A stretch of DNA of 64,000 bases, from positions 1 through 64,000 of the forward strand of contig JAWMAR010000146.1 of the NCBI GenBank assembly GCA_036785375.1, given 5' to 3'. Both the position numbers and the translations under genes were made by a program. The notes under the pieces were generated by a model. That model saw only the letters and a list, made by a program, of their open reading frames with translations, did no database searches and was not told where the DNA came from. Every line of letters begins with the position of its first letter. The stretch's first letter is position 1. This document shows, one piece after another, positions 1 to 10,513 of the stretch. Source of the stretch: Leucoraja ocellata. Its lineage: Eukaryota.

Positions 1-73
1 ATCCGACACATTAGGGACAATTTACAATTTACCAAAGCACTTAACTACAAATCTGCACATCTTTGGAGTGTGG
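1..73 (-). mobile_element. HE1-like SINE fragment (runs off window start)
   Basis: Reverse complement matches the body of the intact SINE at 36381 (cccacactccaaagatgtgcag...aaattgtccct). Confidence 0.65.
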
Positions 74-263
74 GGCAGGCAAGCCGACCTGGGCGCTACA
101 GACAGTCCCGGGGCACGCAGGCGACCTGGGCATTACAGCCAGACATGGGGAGTGAGCCGACCTGGGACTGGCTGTAGTGCCCAGGTCACAAACATGGGGG
201 GTGATTGTCCCCACCTCTCAAAACATGGGGGGGGGACAGGTGCCCCCAGGATTTCCGCCCATG
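74..263. mobile_element. One end of a GC-rich hAT-like non-autonomous DNA transposon
   Basis: Ends in ggatttccgcccatg after G-run/ggaca motifs, resembling hAT MITE termini from memory. Internal gacctggg repeats. The other TIR is not seen. Confidence 0.4.
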
Positions 264-1251
264 ATTGAAACAGTTGCATCTTTTCTCATCATGCAAGTTG
301 ACAGAATCGTAAACAGTAAATTTACAATATTCGCCCCTTCTTGCCCTTTAATATTTGTTAAAAATGTTGCATGTTGAATAATATTGATATTGACCTGGCC
401 ATGATTTCACTTTTCTAATGATAATGCAGTAAGGAAATCATCCTAATTAACTAATGTAGAAGCTGTCTTACAAGTACAGTGATATCGGCAAGCTGAGCAT
501 TCGCATTATTCATTCAGAAAGAGCCCCCCTTTCTCACTAATCATTAAAAAAGTTATATTCTTCTATACTTAACCTGTCTTACACATTATGAGAAATGTAA
601 CTAGTGCGATGAATACCAAGTCAAAGCAATGTATTACAATGCCTGAGGATCTGCTCCCGTGTCAATATAGGGACAACTGAACTTGCAATAAGATTAAAAA
701 CAATCATGTCCCGTCAGCTGACATGGAATTACAAAAACTTGTGATGATGGGAGTGCAAGGCCAAGAAAAAATTGTAATGTTTGAAATGAGACTTTCAGTA
801 TGAGTAAAGGCAAGCAGCCAAATTTATAAAGGAAAGTATCAGAACTAAATGTGGATTTGGGGGAAATTTGCTGTGGCTCAGCACAATCTTAGCGTGCTTA
901 TTTAAAGTGGCAGTTGCTCTGGCATTTTGAATTATAAGTAAGTAGTCAGCTGGAGTTTTTATATTTCTCTCTGCAGATCTCTAATCTCATCCTTCCTTGT
1001 GCTTGCAATCACACAGAAGCGCTTGTTCTTCACAGTCTATTTGCTCTCCAAGAGGATAAAAACTTGACATTTTCGGAGCCTCAATTATTTCCTGTTGCAA
1101 GGTTCAGTAGAGTTAGCGCAGAATTGATGCAGCCTGCAATTTTCAGCCCAAGGCAACAGATGCTTCTCTCCTGCTACCTGCTTTCTATCAATTACTCAGT
1201 AGAGGAACCCACTGTATAAGGAGGCACTGTAACAAACCTGTCATCTACAGG

Positions 1252-1407
1252 AGACCTGCACCATCCTGGCCACACACTCATCACACCATTGCCATCGGGA
1301 AGAAGGTACAGGAGCCTGAGAACTAACGTTCAGGTTCAGGAACAGCTCCTTCCCTACAGCCATCAGGCTATTAAACATTACAACATAAGCTATGAACTAC
1401 AACAGAC

Positions 1408-1461
<54 letters not shown>

Positions 1462-1600
1462 GTTATTGTTTGTTCTTTTTTCTGAGTTTTTGTTATATTA
1501 TTTATTATGATTACATATTCTGTTGTGCTGCAGCAAGTAAGAAATTCATTGTTCTGGGACATATGACAGTAAAATACTCTTGACTCTTGACGACTCTTGA
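1252..1600 (+). mobile_element. Rex1/Babar LINE 3' fragment
   Basis: Translates HPGHTLITPLPSGRRYRSL, the same C-terminus as the Rex1 ORFs at 29953 and 55462. Ends in a ctcttga repeat tail. Confidence 0.8.
1408..1461. repeat. (TAT)18 microsatellite
   Basis: Directly visible; explains the poly-I and poly-L ORFs. Confidence 0.97.
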
Positions 1601-1802
1601 CTCCATGATATAGTCCTTTGTGCAGTTATGCACAGCAGCAACAACGCGCTAGTCATTAGCGGACCTGCACTTACTGTTGTGCTAGTTCAACTATTGGTAA
1701 TTGTCTCAGGTTTAGGTATCAGCTTATATTGTTGACCACATGTCCACCACTCCTGTTAATTATATGCACATCATGAGAAGATAACCCATTTGGTTGAGAT
1801 CC

Positions 1803-1884
1803 GTCTGAAGAAATGTCTCAACCTGAAATGTCACCTATCCATGTTCTCCAGAGATGCTGCCTGACTTGTTGAGTCCAGCACTTA
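1803..1884 (+). mobile_element. Penelope-like element terminal repeat fragment
   Basis: ctgaagaa...gaaatgtcacctatcc...gatgctgcctgac matches the sequence after the GIY-YIG ORF at 59476. Confidence 0.65.
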
Positions 1885-2040
1885 ACATAGAAAGATAGAA
1901 ACATAGAAAATAGGTGCAGGAGGAAGCCATTTAGCCCATCGAGCCACACCACCATTCATTGTGATCATGGCTGATCATCCACAATCAGTAACCTGTGCCT
2001 GCCTTCTCCCCATATCCATTGATTCCGTTAGCCCCGAGAG

Positions 2041-2213
2041 CAGGGGTTCCTAACCTTTTTTGTTTGTTTACCTCTGGCAACATTAATAACACATAACAAT
2101 GTTATTTCACTTATTTATGAACACCTAATGATAAACCAAACACAGTCAGTCAATGAGAAAAAATATGTAAAAAATCCAGAATCAACAAATTTACTCCAGG
2201 TTGGGAACCCTTG
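2041..2213. mobile_element. hAT (Charlie-type) MITE nested in CR1
   Basis: TIRs caggggttcctaacct / aggttgggaacccttg (14/16). Degenerate 8-bp TSD cccgagag/ccttagag. Confidence 0.8.
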
Positions 2214-2626
2214 CCTTAGAGCTCCATCTATCTCTTTTAAATTCATCCAGTGAATTGGCATCTACTGCCTTCTGTGGCAGAGAATTCTGGGTGGAAAAGT
2301 ATTTCTCATCTCAGATTTAAATGACCTCCCCTTTATTCTTAGACTGTGGCCCCTGGTTCTGGATCCCCCCCCCCCCCCCCCCCCCCCACCCCATATTTGG
2401 GAACATTTTTCTTGCATCTAGCTTGTCAAGTCCTTTTATAATATACATATCTATAAGATCCCTTCTCATCCTAAATTCCAGTGAATACAAGCCCACTCTT
2501 TCCAATCTTTCCTCATATGAAAGTCCCGCCATCCCGGGAATTACCTCGTGAACCTATGCTGCACTGCCTCAATAGCAAGGATGTCCTTCCTCAAATTAAC
2601 AGACCAAAACTACACACAATGGTACC

Positions 2627-3101
2627 CGGACGCGGTGCCGACAGACAAGAGGCTGAAGCAAAGAAGCCAAAGCCAAAGAACCGAATAGAAATGAGGCTGA
2701 AACGCGAATGAACCGAAAGAATCCAAAGATGAAATGCTTACTAACCGAAAGGATGGGACGCCTAAATGCAAACTAACTGAAAGGGCGGACGCCTAAACGC
2801 CTATGAACCGAAGTGCGCTCAAATTGAAATCCCACATCTTTGTGAGTGAGGGATGGAATAGATGTAATCACTGGCTAAAACAAAGGCCGTTAGGACAGGG
2901 AAATAATGCCACCAGTTAATTAACCATGTTCCCGAATGTAAGAACGATTACTACATGTAATACATGATATACATACCCTATGGTTAGTAGGCGTTTCGTC
3001 TTCAGACTCTTTCGGTTAATTCGCGTTTCGGCCTCGTTTCTATTCGGTTCTTTGGCTTCGACTTCTTTGCTTCGGCTTCTTGTCTGTCAGCGCCGTGTCC
3101 G
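2627..3101. mobile_element. Foldback/Mutator-like MITE with about 120-bp TIRs nested in CR1
   Basis: cggacgcggtgccgacagacaaga... at 2627 is the inverted repeat of ...tcttgtctgtcagcgccgtgtccg at 3101. Duplication acacacaatg at 2612-2621 and 3177-3186. Confidence 0.75.
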
Positions 3102-3313
3102 CACACTTGGTTCTTGGTTCTTGATTTCTTGATCCTCCAAAATATTCCAAGTGGAATTTAAACTGGAGGTGACACGACACACAATGCTCCAGATGTGGTC
3201 TCACCAGGACCTTGTTACTCCTATACTCAAATCCTCTCGTTTTGAAGGCCAACATGCCATTAGCTTTCTTCACTGCCTGCTGTACCTGCATATTTACTTT
3301 AAGTGACTGGTGT

Positions 3314-3805
3314 CTGGGAGAACATGAGCTGCTCCATGCGGCTCAGGCGGCTGTCTCTGCTGCGTTCGGGTGGTGAGACGTCCCCATCTGAAGGGTCGGA
3401 TACCACCGGCCGGTTTGTCTTCTGTGTTGATTTACATCCAGCCCGCTGCTCATGCTGCGCTAGCGGGACTGGGTTCAACTCGGTGTCGGGGATGGCGGAC
3501 CGCAGGGTGTGTGGTCCTACCGCCTCCTGCCCCCCACTGATGGGACGCTCCTCTATTGGAGTCGAACGGGGGGCAGTCTCCTTTGCTTGCCTTGTTTTAC
3601 TCATGTTCCAGTTGTCTTGACCTGGTGAGACAAAACAAAGCAACTCTTTTCGGAAAAATGACCTCAGAATAAACTTACCTGACGGTAAGCTGTAGCGGGA
3701 GCGCCCTGTACTCCTGTTCGTCGCTGTTGCACTGCGTGAACGCTCATGTCGCGCTTGCGTGCTGGACGGGTTCTTCACGTAGTCACTCACGTGACTCCGA
3801 AGTAA
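3314..3805 (-). mobile_element. DIRS1-like tyrosine-recombinase retrotransposon 5' fragment (terminal repeat plus start of gag-like ORF)
   Basis: Abrupt GC-rich block replacing the CR1 RT core. Minus-strand start ttacttcggagtcacgtgagtgactacgtgaagaaccc resembles DIRS termini (from memory). ORF from ATG 3604 reads MSKTRQAKE...SRLSRMEQLM. Confidence 0.55.
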
Positions 3806-4022
3806 GTTTAAATTTCCCGTTTTCTCTCTCGCTCCTTTCTTGAAAAATGGGATAACATTAGCTACCCTCCAATCCACAGGAACTGATCCTGAATCTATAA
3901 AACTTTGGAAAATTATCATCAATGTGTCCACAATTTCTAGAGCCACCTCCTTGAGTACCCTGGGATGTAGATCATCAGGCCCTGGGGATTTATCAGCCTT
4001 CAGTCCTATCAGTCTACCCATT

Positions 4023-4880
4023 ACTATAGGAGCAAAAAGGCCCTCCTGCAGTTGTTCAGGGCCCTAGTGAGACCACACCTGGAGTATTGTGTGCAGTTTT
4101 GGTCTCCAAACTTGAGTAAGGACATTCTTGCTATTGAGGGAGTGCAGCGTATATGTTCACAAGGTTAATTCCCAGGATGGCAGGACTGTCATATGGTGAT
4201 AGACTGGAGCGGCTGTTAGCATTCATATCAAAAGGATTTGAGTATAGGAGCAGGGAGGTTCTACTGCAGTTGTACGGGGTCTTGGTGAGACCACACCTGG
4301 AGTATTGCATACAGTTTTGGTCTCCTAATCTGAGGAAGGACATTCTTGCCATAGAGGGAGTACAGGAAAGGTTCACCAGACTGATTCCTGGGATGTCAGG
4401 ACTTTCTTATGAAGAAAGACTGGATAGACTCGGCTTGTACTCGCTAGAATTTGGAAGATTGAGGGGGGATCTTATTGAAACTTACAAAATTCTTAAGGGG
4501 TTGGGCAGGCTAGATGCAGGAAGATTGTTCCAATGTTGGGGAAGTTCAGAATAAGGGGCACAGTTTAAGGATAAAGGGGAAATCTTTTAGGACTGAGATG
4601 AGAAAAACATTTTTTACAGAGAGAGTGGTGAATCTCTGGAATTCTCTGCCACAGAATGTAGTTGAGGCCAGTTCATTGGCTATCTTTAAGAGGGAGTTAG
4701 ATGTGGCCCTTGTGACTAAAGGGATCAGGGGTATGGAGAGAAAGCAGGTACAGGATACTGAGTTGGATTAACAGCCATGATCCTATTGAATGACGGTGCA
4801 GGCTCGATGGGCCGAATGGCCTACTCCTGCACCTATTTTCTATGTTTCTATGTTTCTATGTTTATTGTCTATTGTCTATT
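4023..4880 (+). mobile_element. Two fused CR1 3' fragments inserted antisense in the host CR1
   Basis: The LVRPHLEYC.QFWSP block occurs twice (about 4065 and 4282). A (tttctatg)n tail is followed by a (ctattgt)n tail. Confidence 0.9.
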
Positions 4881-7397
4881 TCTCGCCTAATGCAAATTTC
4901 TTTCAGTTCCTCTGTCACCCTAGATCCTCTGCCCTCTAGTACATCTGGTCGATTGTTTGTGTCTTCCTTAGTGAAGACAGAACCAAGGTACCTGTTCAAC
5001 TCTTCTGCCATTTTCTTATTCCCCATAATAATTTCACCTGCTTCGGCCTTCAAAGGACCCACATTTGGCACTACTAATCTTTTTTCTCTTAACATACCTG
5101 AAGAAGCTTTTACTATCCGTTTTTATATTCTTGGCCAGTTTACCCACGTACTTTATCTTTTCACCCCATATTTCCCTTTTTGTTACGTTCTGTTGTCCTA
5201 TGAAAGTTTCCCAATCCTCTGGCATCTCGCTATTCTTTGCTATTATATACTGTACACCTTTTCTTTTAGTTTTATTACATCCCTAACTTCCCTTGTCAGC
5301 CACGGTTGCCTCTGACTCCCCTTAGAATCTTTCTTCCTCTTTGGAATGAAATGATCCCGCTTCTTGTGGATTATGCCCAGAAATTCCTGCCATTGCTGTT
5401 CCACCATCATTCCTGCTAGGATCCTTTTCCAGTTGACCTTGTCCAGCTCCTCTCTCATGCCTTCATAGTCCCCTATGTTCAACTGCAACACTGACACTTC
5501 TGATTTATCCTTCTCCCTCTCAAATTGCAGATTAAAACATCATATTATGGTCACTTCCTCCTAGCGGTTCCTTTACCTTGAGTTCCCTTACTAAAACGGA
5601 TTCATTAGACAACACTAAATCCAGAATTGCCTTCTCTTTGATAGGCTCCAGTACATGCTGCTCTCAGAATCCATCTCAGAGGCACTCTACAAATTTCCTT
5701 TCTTGGGGTCCAGAACCAACCAGATTTTCCCAGTCTACCTGCATATTGAGATCTCCCATAACCACAGTGACATTACCTTTGTTACATGCCAATTTTAACC
5801 TGCTGTAACTTGCACCATATATCTAGGCTACTGTTTGGGGGCCTGTAGATAACTCCCATTATTGTCTTCTTACCTTTACAATTCCTCTATTCTATCCACA
5901 GCGACTCTTCCTCGTTAGACCCTATGTCACTCCTCGCAAGGGACTGAATTTCATCACCAACAGACCTACCCCACCTCCTCTGCCCACCTGCCTGTCCTTT
6001 CTATGGAACATATAACCCTGAATATTCCGTTCCCAGGCCCGATCTGCCTGCAGAAATGTCTCTGTAATCCTCACAATGTCATATCTACCAATCTCTAACT
6101 GAGCCTCAAGCTCATCCACTTTACTTCTTATACTTCACACATTTATATATAATAATTTTAATCCATTACTCACCTCATCTTTCACGTCAATTCCTATTTC
6201 ACTTGGCCATAGTCTCCTATCTCTTCATTAGCTTTCTGTCCCATTAATTCTAGTGTCTTTCTTAACTTTTCCAATACTCTCTTTCCCTTTAGCCATATCC
6301 TTATATTTCCAATTTGTCTCCCCCTCCCCTCCACCCCCCGCCCCACCTCCGCTATTTAGTTTAAACCCACCTGTGTAGCAGTGGCAAACCTGCTGTTCAC
6401 CACCTGTTAAGGTGCAACCATTCCCTTTTGTACAATTCACCCTTACCCCAAAACAGATCAAAGCGGTCTAAGAATCTAAATCTCTGCCCCCTGCACCAGG
6501 TATTCAGCCACTCATTCAGATACACTATCTACCTGTTCCTGCCCTCACCAGCACGAGGAACTGGAAGCAAACTGGAGATAACCACCCTGGAGGTCCTTCT
6601 TTTCAGCCTTCTTCGAGGTCTCTAAAGTCACACTGTGTCCTTTCATGAGAAGATAACATGACCCTCTTTCTGATCAAGAGGATAAAACTAGTCACTTGCA
6701 TGTAATGAGATGCAACCTGCTGTGACAAGTTCAAAATATGAAGATTACATGATTGCAGAATGATGGTACTGTCAATGTTTTAGAAATACTCCATGTATTT
6801 AAAGGGTTAGGTGGTTCCTTGTGCACAAATTATGAATAAATTAAGTTAATGCCCTCAAAATTATACAGCAAGGGCAGAGGTATGCTTCTGCCAAATTGAC
6901 ATGCCACAGTAATATAGTGTGTGTAACTCATTCCAATTGCTGCATCATTTTATAATGCATAAGTTCCAAGTATTGCATGCAATAAACCAGAGCCTACACT
7001 GTGGAATGCCTGCAAAAGGCTTTTGTCTGCACTAGCTCAAATAAGTCACAAGTTTTGTTTTGTGACTGCTGAATTCAATATAGTTAAATGGTTAATTTAT
7101 TGTTACATGTGTCTGGATACAGTGAAATGCATTGTTGTATGTAAAATACAGAAAATTCATACTGTACATACGTACAATCATACATAAAATTAAAAAGTGC
7201 AATGATTGTAGAGAAAAGAAAATTGTAGATTTTTTTCTGAGGCAGAGCACGAAGAATGTCTATGTTTCCAGTACCATCTTGTACCTTTTTAAAATATCGA
7301 GTCTATCTTAGCCTTAAAGGCCTATTGTCCCTGCGGCAGGAACTGGGTCGGTGATGTAGGATAAAAGTGGTGAATCTATCAAAGATTAAGAAAGTTA

Positions 7398-7959
7398 AGA
7401 GGCTGCCCCACTGCGACGACCTAATCCGCGAGTTCTGGCGAGTTTGCCCTCGACTCATACTCGCAGCATGGTCCACAAAAGGTCCGAGGAGGTCTTTGTA
7501 ACTCTCCTTCATGCTCGAGAGTAGTCCCCGTGTACTCGAGGCCTCAGCTTGGTTGCGGCGTTTTTTTCAACATGTTGAAAAATGCCTGCGAGTAAAAAAA
7601 GGTCGCCATGGAAAAAATCGATACTTTTTTTATTCGTAGGTTTAGTCGAAGTAGGTCGTAGTAGGTCGGCATGTTATTCGTAGGTAATCAGAGGTAATCG
7701 AAGGTAGTCAAAGGTAGTCGTAGATAGTCTTCAACATGGTCGAAGGGAGGTCGAAGGTGATCGAAGGAGGTCGTCTTCACACTCCACTATTCGGTGTCCA
7801 ATTTTCCCGCAGCTAGTCGAAGCTAGTTGAAGCTAGTCTTCAACATAGTCGAAGGAGGTCGAAGGAGGTCTTCTACATATTCGAAGGAGGTCTTCAACAT
7901 GACATTTTTTCAAACTCTTCTAAACTCATCAATTAGGTCGTCACAGTGGTACAGCCCCT
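7398..7959. mobile_element. PIF/Harbinger MITE
   Basis: TIRs agaggctgccccactgcgacgacctaat / attaggtcgtcacagtggtacagcccct, TTA on both sides, internal gtcgaag/gtag repeats. Confidence 0.85.
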
Positions 7960-8454
7960 TTAGTGCTTCAGTCCTGGGGGTGAGGGAGACTTCTGGTGGT
8001 CAGATCAGTGGGATTAACCATCAATTGTATGGGTTTGTGTCAGCAATGTGATCAGATAGAAGGGCGCTTTAGAATCAGGACTGAAAATAGAGTTTTAAAG
8101 AATGCTCAAAGTGAACTTGATTGGTTCCAAGCTCCTTGGACCCAATAAACCTGGACTTGATCAAGCAGGACTTCTTTAAGGCTTTCAGGAGCGGGTCTCA
8201 ATTTCATTTTGTGTCTGCATCCGGCTTTTCTCAAAGTAATATTAAAAGGTGCATAACATTGTTGAACATTGCAATGCATACCTAAGCACTGCCATGCACA
8301 ACCTTATCAAAAGCATGGAGAGCCTGGAAGATGTTCAACTATGTTTGAGGACAAAATATTTTCAGTAATTAGTTTTCCATTAAAATTCTATTAACCATCC
8401 TCAACAATCCCAATAGCTTCTCTTTGAAGGATCAGACTGTCTATGCCACCAAAT

Positions 8455-8585
8455 GTGTAAGAAGGGATTGCAGATGCTGGTTTACACCGAAGATAGACAC
8501 AAAATTCCAGAGTAACAGAGCCGGACAGCCGGTTCGGCTCAGTTACGCCAGCATCTTGTGTCTATCTTCAGTGTAAGCCATCTAA
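8455..8585. mobile_element. Penelope-derived inverted (hairpin) remnant
   Basis: Arms tggtttacaccgaagatagacacaa... and ...ttgtgtctatcttcagtgtaagcca. Confidence 0.7.
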
Positions 8586-8842
8586 AAGCAATTCCAGGCC
8601 TGTTCTTTCTTTCACTTTGCTTCCTTATAGAAATACATGAATTTCATAACAACATGTTCTTAGGTTGTGTATAACCCAGGTTGAATCTGAAAAATCGGAA
8701 AGAATATTGCTGAATCATATAATAGCCTCTAATAGCTGTGCAAAGAACAATCGGAAAATAAATTTATATACCATCTAATATAAATTAACAAGATAATGGA
8801 CCAGAAGTGCTAGGATTCAGCAACGATGTCAGCCGAATGCTA

Positions 8843-10513
8843 CAGGTGCACAACCTTTAATCCGACGATCCAAATAACGAAAAGCTCCGAATAGCGACAT
8901 TTCTTCGGTCCTTGAAGAAAGGTCCTTGAAGACGTTCACCGAGGGCGGCCCGCAGAGGTGACAGCGGAACCTCCGGTCGGTCCTCGAAGAAAGGGGAACT
9001 AAATCCCCATTCATAAAAGAGGTGAGGGTATATTGCGCGGGAGGGTTAATAATTTACAATCTGCTGCTGCCTGCCCGCTGAGTTAAAAAGTTCCCACGGT
9101 AGACTCACGATACACAGTGTATCGTGAGTCTTGCGTGGGAACTTTTTAACTCAGCGGGCAGGCAGCAGCAAATTGTCGCTCCCTTCAGTTTCACCCCACC
9201 TACACCCCTCTGCTTCCCGGCCATATGTGTGACCCCTTCCCTCCCCTCTCCAGCTCCCCGCCCATTGCACCGGCGTGGGGGCTTTGCACTGCCTTCACGT
9301 CGGAGCCAGTGCCAGTCACTGGAGACGTCAGGACCAACGGGACACCGGCCCCCAGGCCCACTGCAAGCACGGAGATCCCAGAGACCCACAGCCAGCAGCA
9401 GCCCAGCCACGTTCCAATTCCAGAGGAACACGCTCCCCGTAGGGACCGAAGCTGATGGTGTGCAAGGTGCGTCTTGGTCTTGAGGTTGCGGATGAGGGGG
9501 CACAGCTCGGGCTGTGACGTCTCCGGCCACCCCCCTGTACAGGAGCTGAGACTGGGAACTGTGGGGTTGTTTGCAGTTGCAGAGGGAGGGGGCAAGGGCG
9601 GTAAAGTTCCCAGTCTCAGCTCCATTCCAGGGGGGTGACCGGAGACGTCAGGACCAACGGGACACCGACTGCAAGCACGGAGATCCCAGAGACTCACAGC
9701 CAGCAGCAACTCTAGCCCAGCATCGCTCCAACTCCAGAGGAACCCGGGTTGCGGATGAGGGGGCGCAGCTCGGGCTGTGGGCGAACTGCCACTTGTCGCT
9801 GTAGCGGCGCATCGGGGAGCGGGTTCTTGTAGGTTCTGACGTCTCCGGCCACCCCCCTGGACAGGAGCTGAGAGATGTCAGGACCACCAGAAGCCGCTCC
9901 CCGATGGGACGCTACAGCGACAAGTGGCAGTTCGCCCACAGCCCGAGCTGCGCCCCCTCATCGGGACACCGACCCCCAGGCCCACTGCAAGCACGGATAT
10001 CCCAGAGACTCACAGCCAGCAGCAACTCTAGCCCAGCCCCGCTCCAACTCGGGTTGCGGATGAGGGGGCGCAGCTCGGGCTGTGGGCGAACTGCCACTTG
10101 TCGCCGTAGCGGCCCATCGGGGAGCGGATTCCTCTGGAGTTGGAGGGACAGGGAGACACAGCGGCTTTTGAGAATGGTGGGCAATCACTTCCAAAGTTCT
10201 GCCCACACAGTCAGTACACCTCTCCTACACTTGTCTCCCGCACTAAGATCATCTCGCAGAGAATGATCCCAGCCTAACCCTCCCTATTCTCTCCTATTCT
10301 GCAAGAAAAAACTACATTGAAGACTCAAACGTGATCGAGTAACTGCCGGGATCGAGGCGCAAACTCGCGACCTTGCGGATATGAGCCGAGCACTCTGCCA
10401 CTGCACCAGCCGTTAAAATCTACGCTAAAAATCTTCCATTCCGAAAGCCGAAAAATTCTGAATTACGAAAAGTGTCCGGTCCCAAGGCTTTCGGATAAAA
10501 GGTTGTGCACCTG
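8843..10513. mobile_element. Non-autonomous Tc1/mariner-superfamily (pogo/Tigger-like) DNA transposon, copy 1
   Basis: TIRs caggtgcacaacctttaatccga / tcggataaaaggttgtgcacctg, TA TSD, no transposase. Second copy at 45445. Confidence 0.9.
10344..10412 (-). ncRNA. tRNA-Met(CAU)-like cassette inside the MITE (pseudo-tRNA or SINE head)
   Basis: Minus strand tggtgcagtggcagagtgctcggctCATatccgcaaggtcgcgagtttgcgcctcgatcccggca: A box, CAT anticodon loop, degenerate B box; T6 about 30 nt downstream. The 5' acceptor strand is poor. Confidence 0.55.

Larger units (their letters stand above)
1885..6635 (-). mobile_element. CR1 (HER1-like) LINE, 5'-truncated within ORF1, degraded, with nested insertions
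   Basis: (tttctatg)-type tail at 1885. RT C-term GLSYEERLERVGLYSLE; KSPGPDDLHPRVLKE/WRVANVIPFFKKG; APE endonuclease DELEAQLEIGRYDIVRITET; ORF1 SGNH-esterase-like RRTSRVVISSLLPVP...WCRGQRFRFLD at about 6400-6620. Confidence 0.92.

Noticed and set aside
1289-1583. Poly-I and poly-L ORFs resembling membrane proteins
   Set aside because: Produced by the (TAT)18 microsatellite in a Rex1 3' UTR.
9105-10266. Dense ORFs on both strands, and repeat-spacer look suggestive of CRISPR
   Set aside because: Non-coding GC-rich MITE core; modules are irregular, reused and inverted, with no unique spacers or cas genes, in a eukaryotic context.
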